Under the pieces are notes generated by a model. It saw only the letters and a program-made list of their open reading frames with translations, was not told the DNA's origin and ran no database searches. 21,719 bases of DNA, from positions 1 to 21,719 of the forward strand of contig JBHLPF010000042.1 in NCBI GenBank assembly GCA_048939765.1, in the 5' to 3' direction. The stretch is from Promethearchaeota archaeon. Lineage in GTDB: Archaea > Asgardarchaeota > Thorarchaeia > Thorarchaeales > Thorarchaeaceae. Shown here one piece after another: positions 1 through 9,708 of the stretch (positions are counted from its first letter, which is position 1; every line of letters starts with the position of its first letter). Both the position numbers and the translations under genes were made by a program.

Positions 1-3000
1 AATAGAACACTATCATACTCGCGAATTACGATGGCTGTGATTTCCTGTATCGAGCCTAAATCACATCTGGCATCAGACACTGAGTAGCTCAATACACGCA
101 GCCGGTCCCAGATCACGATATCGAGATCGTTGGTGCTAATCACAGTGATCCCATAAGTATCTCCACCTGCTGAATCCACGGTATAAGCCCTTGCACCGAC
201 AACCCCTTGCTGGAAGACTGTGTCATTAAGATTCAGTGTTCCATCATAGGGTGTACCATCGTAGTCATAAATTGCCGACGCAGAAACAGAAGCGACTGCT
301 CCCACATCTATTCGATGATCAATGGTAGAGATGGAAACTGTCAGAGAATCCCAAACACAGGACACTATCATATTCTGTCTAATCGCCGAGATGCCAAAGG
401 AGTCTCCAAAGGCAGAATCAACGGTATAGCCTCGACGTCCAGCTGAGGCTTGTTGAAAGATTGTATCATTTAGTTGAAGAGTCCCATCATATGAGGAACC
501 ATCGTAGTCATAGATAGCTGTTGGGACAACAGACGCGATGGTTTCTATATCGATTCTATTATCGCCTACTGTGATGGTGATAGTTAGCGAATCCCAGATA
601 ATCCCCTGAGTCTGTGAGTTCTGGTTTACTGCTGTTATATCGTATTGATTCACTGAGGTAGACACTGTGTCATATGTAACGAGTTGAGCAACATTTCGAG
701 TTTCAGCAAAATCCCAGACTCCACTGGACCCTGAGTAGGTGGCACTGATGCCATTTATCCAAACAGATCCGTCGATGACAAAGGAATCGTCAAAGTCGTA
801 GATTAGAGTGACATTGCAGGAACACCCAGCATTAATGTCAATCCTTGAATCCTCAGTTGAATAGGAAATGACCACTATCTGATCCCATATTATCGTAGTA
901 TTGGATGTAGTAGCAACCCATTGCGTGAGGCCATAGACCAACTCAGAGGCTATAACAACATGATATCCGATTCTTTGTACTGATGCAGAGGTCTCCTGGT
1001 AACGCCATCGAGTAGCCCCAGCATCCCATGCTAGAATCTTGGAACCATTGAGTGCAGCAGAAAAGCCCTTTGTAATATCTATCTCAATCCCGTCATACTG
1101 GTATCGTGCCTTCCACCAAGTTTCACCTACTGAATTCGTATCGATTCGCCCATCGACAATCCCAGATTGGTAGAACTCTATTCGGTCCCATACTACATCC
1201 TGGGATTTTAAATTCAAGTTCAGTAGGGTGATACCGTATGTATTCTCAAAGGCATTGGAGCTGTTTACATAATACCGCCACGAACCAACTTCTGACCTAA
1301 ACGGTTGATATTCGAAGTGGTCAATACTCCAACTCATCACATTGTTGTCCATGTAGAGAGTGTCGTCCGCGCCCAGTGGATGATTATCAAATTCAAGCAC
1401 AGCGGTCACGACTATTTCAGCTGATGATGCATAGTCAACACGGTCATCAGTAGTTGAGGTGGTCAGAATTAGAATTCGATCCCAGACCACATCCGTCGAA
1501 AGGACAACAGGGTTCAGAGAAGAAATCCCATGGGTCACTTCATTGGCCAAAGTCGAATTAACATAAAACTTCCAGAGACCGACTGCAATCCTAGAGGTCT
1601 GATACTCAAAATGGTCAGTGTTCCAACTCATTAGAGTGTCATCTAGGTAGAGTGTATCACTCGCAGTCAACATGTGGCCATCAAACTCGAGTTGTGCAGT
1701 GACAGATATCGTAACTGTGGTGCCAAGATTCACTCGATTGTCATCCGCTGCGGTTGTGGTGATCTGAATACGGTCCCATATCTGTGCCACAGTATTTCCT
1801 GCTAGATTGACATATGAGATTCCATAGGTGTCTTCGAGGGCATTTGATGCATTGACAAAGAATATCCATTCGCCAACCTGAGCAAACTGTGGCTCATACT
1901 GGAAGTATGAACCGAGCCATGTCATCTGAGTGTCATTCATGTAGAGAATATCATCCGCACCGAGCAAGTAGCTATCAAACTCGAGTTGGGCGGTGACTCG
2001 AATATCAGCTTGAGTGTCATAGTCTATGCGCCCATCTTGCGTAGTCGTGGTGAGAACCAGAATCCTGTCCCAAATCTGATCGACTGATTTGCTATCGATG
2101 TTCACCAGCGAAATTCCATACGTCGCCTCGAAGGCATTAGAGGTGTTGACAAAGTAATTCCAGGAACCCACTTCATTCCTTATTGGTTGATACTGGAAGT
2201 AACCTGAACCCCATGTCATTTCGACATCATCCATGTACAAAATATCACCGGACACAAGTGGATGATTATCATACTCGAGCAGAGCTGTTACTCGGATGTC
2301 TGCCGCAGAACCGTAGTCAATTCTGTTGTCCTGTGTTGAAGTTATGGTTACTTTGATGCGGTCCCAAATGACGCTGGCAGCTTGGCTGTTGAGATTCACC
2401 AATGTTATGCCATACATTGTTTCCAATGCGCCAGTGGAGTTCACGAAGTAGTTGAGAACACCAATGATCGAATATGCACCTGTTGACAACTCAAAGTGGT
2501 CAGTACTCCAAGACATCAAGGTATCATTGGTGAAGAGAGTGTCTCCAGAACCTAGCAGATGGCCATCATATTCAAGCTCAGCTGTTACGCTAATTGTGGT
2601 GAAGATTCCATAATTGATACGGTCATCAGCCGCGGTTGTAGTGAGAATTCTGATTCTGTCCCATATAACGCTCGATTCCTTGCCATTCAGGTTCAATACC
2701 GTAATGCCATAACCGCTCATTGTGCTTGAGTTAACATAGTATGTCCACGACCCAACATCCGATTTTGACACGTCAAGCTCGAACCAAGAGTTACCGGAAT
2801 CCCATGACATGGCCTGACCCGCCAGAACGACAGCATCGCCCGAGCCAAGGAAAGTGCTATCATACTCAAGCATGAGAGTGACACGGATTTGGACAATATC
2901 ATCAACGTTGACTCTCTCATCATCAGCCGCTGTCGTTTGCACTGAAATCCTATCCCAAATGACATCCTGGAAGTTACCATTCTGATTGACTGAAGAAATT

Positions 3001-3548
3001 CCATAGTCTGATTCCATCGCATTTGTGAGGTTGACAAAGTATCTCCATGAACCTACGCCTGCTTTTGTCCTTGGCAACTCGAACCTCAATTCTCCCCCGT
3101 CCCAGGTCATCTGGACCCCGTCCATGAAGATTGTATCCAAGGACCCCAGCAAATGCCCATCATATTCCAACTGAGCTGTGGCCCTCAATTCCGCAACAGA
3201 ATTGATATTGACTCTGCTGTCATCGACAGTAGTTGATATGATCAAGATTCGGTCCCATATTATCGATGTGTCGAATGCAGTCTGAGCCCATGCCGTCAGC
3301 CCATAAGATGTTTCCAGAGCGGATAGAATAGCATATTGCTGGAGCTCGACTCCTGCCCTAGATTCAGGGTATATCCAGTAAGTACCATTCCAGACTAGCA
3401 GTTTAGAACCTGTGAGTTGCGCTGTCAGTCCCGATGTGATTGGTACGTCATCATAGTCATAGCGGCTTGCCCAATAGGTGGTTCCTGTGGAACCAACATC
3501 AATCCGTCCATCATCTACCCCTGAAAAATAGAACTCTATACGATCTGA
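1..3548 (-). repeat. Second array of ~13 protein-level repeats (98-100 aa; two ~81-aa units near the left edge)
   Basis: (W)D-R/S/Q anchors at about 3548, 3257, 2957, 2663, 2366, 2072, 1778, 1484, 1189, 887, 596, 352 and 110. Spacing is about 290-300 nt, dropping to about 243 nt for the last units. Confidence 0.9.
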
Positions 3549-6500
3549 GATGAATGTGTCTGTAACTGATCCAGCATAATATAGATCTGCTCCTGAAGAG
3601 CCATCTCCTTCAGCCACTACCTTGAAAGTGTAGGTGTTGAAACGAACCAAGGATGACGACCCAATACCTGTTGCTGTTAGTACTCCAAGACCATCCACTT
3701 CTCCCGACCAAGAACCAGAGATGTCATGCATAACCCAAAAGTCTGTTTCATTTGCAAGGGGGTACAGTAATGAAGCATAATAAGTCAAAGCCCCCGTAGC
3801 CACGAGGTCACCTGTATTTACGTTTCCACGATCATCGTCTAGACTTGGTAGAGTTGAATAATCCAGTTGCGTTTCTATATCCCAATCAGATTCATACCAA
3901 TCACTTGCAGTAGAAAACGTATTACTCACGAATTGCTTGGTATCAACATCTACGATGTCAGGATGATTCCAAGAGATCTTGATATACCATGTGATGTTCA
4001 GCCATATACCAGACTGCTCATAGGTGCAAGGCCCCAAAGAAATGTACATTGACCCATTCGTGATAGTGAATGAGGAATTGCTTCTGACGAATGTGACCGT
4101 CCAGTAGTTGGTTCCTCTGTCATCACTGAAGAGAAGGAGGCGCACGAGTCGGATATCTTGATAGCCGTTCAAATCTGAAGCATTTGAAGTGATTTTATAG
4201 TAGCGTAGTCGTGCATACATATTGTCAGTATCATCGGGATTAAGCAGGTTTGGTGGGGCTTCATTGACGGGGACTATTGGAATATATGAAGTCCAGTTGA
4301 CGAGCTCAGTATTTGTGATGAACAGAGTGATATCATACAAGGTTTCCCAAATGACTGAGGATGCATTGTATAAGTAGACCAAATCACTATTCGTGTCATT
4401 GAATAACGTCGCATTCAGATATGTGAAAACCAACCAGTCAGTGTTATTCCTTGCACAGATTATCTCGTATGTGGTGCACTCTGTCCCATCGGACTCAAAG
4501 GTCACAGTGAGAGTGAAGTTGACCTGCTTTCCATTTAGTACCAGCTCGGCATCTGCTTGGATGTCAATCACCAGTCGATCCCAAATGACATCCAGGATGT
4601 TCGAATCTACGTTTACCGCAGAAATCCCGAAGTCAGTCTCGTAGGCATTGGTGGAGTTCACGAAATACTTCCACAGACCCACGGAAGGTTGGGAAGTGCT
4701 ATGGACGAAGGCGCTTTGGGGCGCACTCCAGACCATGGATACGCCCTCCATATAGAGAGTGTCTCCAGAGCCAAGAAAGTGGTCTCCATTTCCAGTATAT
4801 TCCAATTTCGCAGTGATTTGTAACTCAACTGTATCATAGACATTGACCCGATAGTCATCAGCTGTTATCGAGAGGATGAGTATCCTGTCCCAAATGACTT
4901 CAACGCTCAAAGAATTCAGATCAACTTCACTTATGCCATAAGCAGTTTCAAGGCTGGAATTGACAAAGAAGGCCCACTTTCCAACTGCGGTGAACGCGAC
5001 GTCGAGGACAAAATGACTATTCCCTCCATCCCATATCATAGCTGTGTCGTTGACGAATACAGAGTCCCCATTGCCAAGGTAGGTGTGGTCAAACTCGAGC
5101 CATAAGGTCACTTGGATCTGGGCAGTTGAACCTACATCAAGGTGGTTGATGTCAACATTTGTTGTTTGGACAGTTATTCTATCCCAGATGATGCTAGTAT
5201 TGGCTGCTATCTTAATGAATCGTGTAAGACCGTATATCGACTCGGAAGCACTCACTACTCCATATCCCATCGATTGCACTGTAGAGAATGATTCGGAGTA
5301 GTCCCACCTACTTGTGATACCATTCCAAGAAAGCGCCTTGCTACCATTCAGTGACGCACTGAGTCCAGCGGTGATTTCAAACTGGTCGTAGGCATACCTT
5401 GCTCTCCACCATGTAGTACCAAACGCATCAATATTGATTCTGTCATCTTCAACACCAGATGAATAGAACTCAATCTCATCCCATATAATCGATACATTGG
5501 AAGCTGTTTGAACCCACGCTGTGAGACCATAGGTTGTTTCAGAGGCTGAAGCAATCTCATAACCGACAATTTGCACAGAGTTCTTTGTCTCGGAGTAGTC
5601 CCAACGGAGATCAGAGGAGTTCCAATTGAGCGCTTTTGAGCCATTCATTGATGCAGTAAGAATAGCTCCTGTTATCTCAACTCTATCATATTGATACCTG
5701 ACATTCCAGTATATGAGTCCAATATCATCTACATCAACTCTTCCGTCAACTGTTCCACTCTGATAGAACTCTATCCTGTCCCAAATCTGGCTGACACTAT
5801 TGCCATCGAGGAATAGAGCCGAAATCCCATAGGTTGCCTCATTCGCATTCGAGGAGTTGACATAGAAATCCCAGCTCCCAACCATGAAGAATTGAGGCTG
5901 AAGTCTAAAGTAGGGGCCGACCCAAACCATTGCTGTGTCGTTCATGTATAAGGTGTCAGCAGCCTCTAGAAGATGACCATCGAATTGCAGTTCTGCCGTA
6001 ACTCGTAAATCCGCTAAAGACCCGAAGTCAATTCTGCCATCTTGTGTTGTGGTTGTAACAATCACAATTCGATCCCATATCTGATCAATGTACATTCCAG
6101 CAAGATTGACCTCGGATATCTGAAATGTGGTTTCCAGACCCCCAGTCGAATTCACATAGAACCTCCACATGCCCACATGAGAGAATTGAGGCTGCAGTCG
6201 GAAGTATGAACCCACCCAGGTCATCGCTGTGTTGTTCATAGAGAGGATATCACCCGATTCAACAGGATGACCATCGTACTCTAGCTCAGCGGTGACTCTA
6301 AGGTCTGCGAACGCATTGATATCGATTCTTGCATCTTGAGAGGCAGTGGATGTGATTAGAATTCGATCCCAGATCACACTTGATGAAACTGGATTGGATT
6401 GCACGATGGTTATTTCAAAGGTTGTTTCCAGCGCGCCGGATGCATTCACAAAGTATCTGAGCAACCCAACCATGGAGTAGGAGCCTGTTTCGAGATAGAA

Positions 6501-9497
6501 ATGATCTGAATCCCAAGTCATCACAGTATCATTCATTCGCAATGTGTCGTCACTGCCCAGTAGAGTGCCATCATACTCAAGTTGAGCTGTGACATTGACT
6601 GTTGTACTTGCGCCATAGTCAATTCTGCCATCAGAAGCTGTTGTGGTGATGATCAATATGCGGTCCCAGATTTGATCTATCTGCTTCCCGTCAAGATTGA
6701 CCACAGTAATGTCGTAGGTATTCTCCATGGCTCCAGTTGCGTTGACATAGAATCTCCATAGCCCCACCTGCGAGAATAGGGGCTGCAGTCTGAAGTAGGG
6801 ACCGACCCAAGTCATGGCGGTGCTGTTCATGTAGATTGTATCTCCTACTCCAATGAGATGGCCGTCGTATTCCAGCTCCGCTGTCACTCTGATGTCTGCA
6901 GCTGTCCCATAGTCAATCCTCCCATCCTGTGTGGTGGTTGTGATAATCCGTATGCGATCCCAAATGATTGTTGTATTGCTTGTGGTCTGCACCCAGCCAA
7001 CTAGTCCGTGTGTAGCATCGTACGCTGAGGCAACTGAATATCCAATGGCCTGAACTGTGCTCGTGGTTTCTTGAAATGTCCAATAGGAGCCATTCCAAGA
7101 GAGAGTCTTGGTGCCATTTAGCGCTGCGTTCAGTCCACTCGTTATTGAGAGGGAGTCGTACTGGTATATGGCGCCCCACCAAGTGACACCACTGGAGTCG
7201 ACATCTATTCTGGAATCGTCGACCCCGGCCTGGTAGAATTCTATCCTATCAGCAACATATGTGTCAGCAATGCTTGAGAAAAGAAGGTCAGTACCCCCAA
7301 ATCCTGCCCCCTCTTCGACAATCTTGACTGTGTAGGTGTCTTGACCAACTTCATCATCTGCATAGCAGGTAACGTTGAAGAGTCCTGAAACAAGAGATGT
7401 ATCAGACCAGGGCCCCATACTGGTTCCATACCCAGAGCCAGAGACCCATACATCCACTTCTGATGATGGGGGAGTGATTGCCGATCCATGGTATGCAACA
7501 GTGCCAGTGGTGAAGAACTGATTGTTCAGATCCCCTCTATCTATCGTGCCTGAATTGTCATCAGTGGCTATGCCCGCTATATCCACCCGAGTTTCTATGT
7601 CCCAGTCAACTTCATACCAGTCAGTGGCATTTTCTGATTTGCTGTCAATAACGACGCACTCAACATCAGTTCCTGTGATATCTGGATGGGCCCATTCAAT
7701 CGAAATTTGAAATGTAATATCAATATCAGTCCCTGCCCTCAAGGCACTTGAAGAAACTGTATCAAGAGTGATGTAATTTGCCGGGTCCGAGAACTCAGCG
7801 AAGCTATCAGTATCCTCATCGTACTCGATTGTCCAGTAGAGTGTGAGTCTGTCGTCGGAGTAGAGAGAGAGCCGCATGCTTTGGATGTCATCATACCCGT
7901 CCTGGTCAGAAACATTAGCAGCTATCAGATAATCCCTGGCTTTGGCATACATGTGGCTAGCATCATCGATGTTGCCTACCGATGGCTGTTGATCATTCGA
8001 TGGAATATTGTTCCAAGTGTGAAGAAGAGTTGCGTCAATGGACCATTCTGACGCAGCAGCGTCGCCAACCTCCAGCCCTCCCTTGAACCTGATGGTGAAT
8101 GTTGCAGATGTTAGCCAGGTTTCCACACTTATATTGTTCCAGGAGTCTGCCTGCAAGTCTGTGAATAGGCTGACCCAAACAAGTCCATCCCAGACTTCGA
8201 CTGCTATGTCCTCTGAATCGGTATTCCCTGCATAAATACATAGAAACTCATTGTTATTATCAAATTCAGCTGCTGTCCATTGAACCTCCAAATCGAGTTC
8301 ATAGTTGTAGGTCTGATCTGTCCATGTATGAAGCGTAATGAGATCTATTTCCCATAATCCTTGCTCAATATCACTTGTGTTATCTGCACCTCGGAGTCTA
8401 ATTGTATAGCTGACTGAATCAAGGCCTATGGCTGTGAGATTAGTCCAGCCAGTTGAGGTAATCGTTCCAAGGCTGAGCCAGCCGACTCCATTCCAATAGC
8501 TAACATTGAGACCCTCAGTCCCAGAAATCGATCCAACGTTGATACAGACTTCCTCATTGGCTTCATCATTATCTGCTCCACTCCAAGCATATTCGAAATC
8601 AGCTTCGTAATTGACGACTTTTGGAGAACTAACGCCAATCCGGAGATGATCAACGTAGGCATAGTCTGCACCACCGGTCTTATAGAACACCAATCTAATA
8701 CGAAGTGAATTGACCTGCTGTTGAGAGAGAGTACCTACTATTGTCAGGTTGTCGTATTGCATAGCTGTGTGCTGCGCGACTCTGCCCAGCAATGTGCCGG
8801 CCCCTCCCGTGGTATCGTAATAGACATCAAATCCATCATCCGCCGCCCCATCTAGATTCCAGCAGTACAGTGACACATTTACAGTGAGGGATCCCGATAA
8901 TGCCGTATCAGGAAATTCCCACCAGCCTCCTTGAGACCCCGGGGCCTTTGTATAGATGTAGTTTGCAGGCTCATCTTGTGAACTCAGGTAGGGAGAGGCA
9001 CCTACTGTTGTGAATCCAGTATAAGTGGCATCATACGCGTCTGTGTCAAGCCAGACTGACTGATAGGGGGCACCTATATCTGTCTCCTGAATAGTCATGA
9101 ATTGGGTGTCTATAGCGGTTCCTTGTGCATTTGCAGGATTCGTTTCGGTCCCCACATCTGGTGAAGAGTCAACATCGCTCACATAGTTATCGTAGTCATC
9201 CTCAGCATCCGTGGTAATTGGTGCTGTATTCTCTTCAGTAAGAATGTCATAGATGGCATCAGGTCCGGATTGTTGATTGGCAAAGTTCGAATGACTTCCT
9301 AGGTATCCAGCGCCATCGACATCTGACAGATTATTGGCTGCAAATTGTTCAAGTGATGACGCAAGAATGTAATCCGTCTGGACCACACTCAAACTTGGGT
9401 CGTACGTTGGAAGATGGGAAAGATTAGTACTAGAGCCAAGCAGCACTGCCACTATGCAGCCTGTGATGACAATGACTAAGGGTCCTCTCCTCTTCAT
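1..9497 (-). CDS. Giant (>3165 aa, 3'-truncated by window) secreted/surface repeat protein, putative adhesin
   Basis: ATG at 9497-9495 with RBS AGGAGGT 4 nt upstream and an in-frame stop further upstream at 9525-9527. N-terminus MKRRGPLVIVITGCIVAVLLGSST is signal-peptide-like. The same frame still reads sensibly at the left edge (...IWDRLRVLSYSVSDARCDLGSIQEITAIVIREYDSVL). The ORF track reports no ORF in this frame across 1-9497, as expected if the frame has no stop. Rich in T/D/S/V/W/Y with many N-x-S/T sequons. Confidence 0.93.
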   Translation of the reverse strand, partial: MKRRGPLVIVITGCIVAVLLGSSTNLSHLPTYDPSLSVVQTDYILASSLEQFAANNLSDVDGAGYLGSHSNFANQQSGPDAIYDILTEENTAPITTDAEDDYDNYVSDVDSSPDVGTETNPANAQGTAIDTQFMTIQETDIGAPYQSVWLDTDAYDATYTGFTTVGASPYLSSQDEPANYIYTKAPGSQGGWWEFPDTALSGSLTVNVSLYCWNLDGAADDGFDVYYDTTGGAGTLLGRVAQHTAMQYDNLTIVGTLSQQQVNSLRIRLVFYKTGGADYAYVDHLRIGVSSPKVVNYEADFEYAWSGADNDEANEEVCINVGSISGTEGLNVSYWNGVGWLSLGTITSTGWTNLTAIGLDSVSYTIRLRGADNTSDIEQGLWEIDLITLHTWTDQTYNYELDLEVQWTAAEFDNNNEFLCIYAGNTDSEDIAVEVWDGLVWVSLFTDLQADSWNNISVETWLTSATFTIRFKGGLEVGDAAASEWSIDATLLHTWNNIPSNDQQPSVGNIDDASHMYAKARDYLIAANVSDQDGYDDIQSMRLSLYSDDRLTLYWTIEYDEDTDSFAEFSDPANYITLDTVSSSALRAGTDIDITFQISIEWAHPDITGTDVECVVIDSKSENATDWYEVDWDIETRVDIAGIATDDNSGTIDRGDLNNQFFTTGTVAYHGSAITPPSSEVDVWVSGSGYGTSMGPWSDTSLVSGLFNVTCYADDEVGQDTYTVKIVEEGAGFGGTDLLFSSIADTYVADRIEFYQAGVDDSRIDVDSSGVTWWGAIYQYDSLSITSGLNAALNGTKTLSWNGSYWTFQETTSTVQAIGYSVASAYDATHGLVGWVQTTSNTTIIWDRIRIITTTTQDGRIDYGTAADIRVTAELEYDGHLIGVGDTIYMNSTAMTWVGPYFRLQPLFSQVGLWRFYVNATGAMENTYDITVVNLDGKQIDQIWDRILIITTTASDGRIDYGASTTVNVTAQLEYDGTLLGSDDTLRMNDTVMTWDSDHFYLETGSYSMVGLLRYFVNASGALETTFEITIVQSNPVSSSVIWDRILITSTASQDARIDINAFADLRVTAELEYDGHPVESGDILSMNNTAMTWVGSYFRLQPQFSHVGMWRFYVNSTGGLETTFQISEVNLAGMYIDQIWDRIVIVTTTTQDGRIDFGSLADLRVTAELQFDGHLLEAADTLYMNDTAMVWVGPYFRLQPQFFMVGSWDFYVNSSNANEATYGISALFLDGNSVSQIWDRIEFYQSGTVDGRVDVDDIGLIYWNVRYQYDRVEITGAILTASMNGSKALNWNSSDLRWDYSETKNSVQIVGYEIASASETTYGLTAWVQTASNVSIIWDEIEFYSSGVEDDRINIDAFGTTWWRARYAYDQFEITAGLSASLNGSKALSWNGITSRWDYSESFSTVQSMGYGVVSASESIYGLTRFIKIAANTSIIWDRITVQTTNVDINHLDVGSTAQIQVTLWLEFDHTYLGNGDSVFVNDTAMIWDGGNSHFVLDVAFTAVGKWAFFVNSSLETAYGISEVDLNSLSVEVIWDRILILSITADDYRVNVYDTVELQITAKLEYTGNGDHFLGSGDTLYMEGVSMVWSAPQSAFVHSTSQPSVGLWKYFVNSTNAYETDFGISAVNVDSNILDVIWDRLVIDIQADAELVLNGKQVNFTLTVTFESDGTECTTYEIICARNNTDWLVFTYLNATLFNDTNSDLVYLYNASSVIWETLYDITLFITNTELVNWTSYIPIVPVNEAPPNLLNPDDTDNMYARLRYYKITSNASDLNGYQDIRLVRLLLFSDDRGTNYWTVTFVRSNSSFTITNGSMYISLGPCTYEQSGIWLNITWYIKISWNHPDIVDVDTKQFVSNTFSTASDWYESDWDIETQLDYSTLPSLDDDRGNVNTGDLVATGALTYYASLLYPLANETDFWVMHDISGSWSGEVDGLGVLTATGIGSSSLVRFNTYTFKVVAEGDGSSGADLYYAGSVTDTFISDRIEFYFSGVDDGRIDVGSTGTTYWASRYDYDDVPITSGLTAQLTGSKLLVWNGTYWIYPESRAGVELQQYAILSALETSYGLTAWAQTAFDTSIIWDRILIISTTVDDSRVNINSVAELRATAQLEYDGHLLGSLDTIFMDGVQMTWDGGELRFELPRTKAGVGSWRYFVNLTNAMESDYGISSVNQNGNFQDVIWDRISVQTTAADDERVNVDDIVQIRVTLMLEYDSTFLGSGDAVVLAGQAMSWDSGNSWFELDVSKSDVGSWTYYVNSSTMSGYGITVLNLNGKESSVIWDRIRILTTTAADDRINYGIFTTISVTAELEYDGHLLGSGDTLFTNDTLMSWSTDHFELSTGAYSIIGVLNYFVNSTGALETMYGITLVNLNSQAASVIWDRIKVTITSTQDNRIDYGSAADIRVTALLEYDNHPLVSGDILYMDDVEMTWGSGYFQYQPIRNEVGSWNYFVNTSNAFEATYGISLVNIDSKSVDQIWDRILVLTTTTQDGRIDYDTQADIRVTAQLEFDSYLLGADDILYMNDTQMTWLGSYFQYEPQFAQVGEWIFFVNASNALEDTYGISYVNLAGNTVAQIWDRIQITTTAADDNRVNLGTTVTISVTAQLEFDGHMLTASDTLYLDDTLMSWNTDHFEYQTSRIAVGLWKFYVNSTLANEVTHGISSLNPVVLSTDVVWDRILILTTSTTDDRVDYASSAEIVVTAVLEFDNHPLGADDTLYMDNNVMSWSIDHFEYQPFRSEVGSWRYYVNSSNAFENTYGITLLNLNLKSQDVVWDRIEFYQSGIVDGRIDTNSVGETWWKARYQYDGIEIDITKGFSAALNGSKILAWDAGATRWRYQETSASVQRIGYHVVIASELVYGLTQWVATTSNTTIIWDQIVVISYSTEDSRIDINAGCSCNVTLIYDFDDSFVIDGSVWINGISATYSGSSGVWDFAETRNVAQLVTYDTVSTSVNQYDITAVNQNSQTQGIIWDSLTITITVGDNRIDIETIASVVPTAIYDYDGSSYDGTLQLNDTIFQQASAGRRGYTVDSAFGDSFGISAIRQNMIVSCVWDSLTVSISTIDHRIDVGAVASVSASAIYDYDGTPYDGTLNLNDTVFQQGVVGARAYTVDSAGGDTYGITVISTNDLDIVIWDRLRVLSYSVSDARCDLGSIQEITAIVIREYDSVL
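4349..7253 (-). repeat. First array of 9 full repeats plus 1 degenerate ~98-100 aa repeat
   Basis: Anchors at about 7253, 6962, 6668, 6371, 6077, 5783, 5483, 5186, 4892, 4583 and 4349. Consensus IWDRIxIxTTTxxDGRIDxGxxxxIRVTAELEYDGHxLxxxDxLxMNxTxMxW...FxVNxSxAxExTYGI. Confidence 0.9.
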
Positions 9498-9501
9498 ACT
9501 T

Positions 9502-9508
9502 ACCTCCT
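9502..9508 (-). promoter_or_regulatory. Shine-Dalgarno of the giant gene
   Basis: AGGAGGT on the minus strand, 4 nt before the ATG at 9497. Confidence 0.75.
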
Positions 9509-9677
9509 CTATCAGCCGCTTCAATCATGCATTCGGGACCATTGAAGCCACGGTTGAAACTCGCATGCATTACCAATTGCAGGATACTCTGGACTGGGTT
9601 GGATTGACCTGCATCAATTATGGCGATTCCTACCCACAATACGGTCTTCACGTTTACATATTTGTCTTACTTCATTG

Positions 9678-9695
9678 GTTTTTAAATCAAAAAAC
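9678..9695 (-). promoter_or_regulatory. Possible TATA box of the giant gene
   Basis: TTTAAAAA on the minus strand about 180 nt upstream of the start; no convincing BRE. Confidence 0.3.
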
Positions 9696-9708
9696 GAGAT
9701 TATGGACT

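Noticed and set aside
1-7253. DGR or CRISPR-like interpretation of the ~295-nt periodicity
   Set aside because: The repeats are conserved at protein level with diverged codons. There is no adenine-specific variable/template pair, no reverse transcriptase and no identical short repeats with spacers.
9430-9497. Twin-Arg (KRRG) Tat signal or ITGC lipobox in the giant protein
   Set aside because: There is no RRxFLK-type consensus, the Cys is at position 14 in the middle of the hydrophobic region, and the protein size argues against Tat export. A Sec signal is more plausible.
9576-9619. Inverted repeat TGCAGG...CCTGCA upstream of the giant gene
   Set aside because: Only a 6-bp core around a 24-nt loop; compatible with chance.
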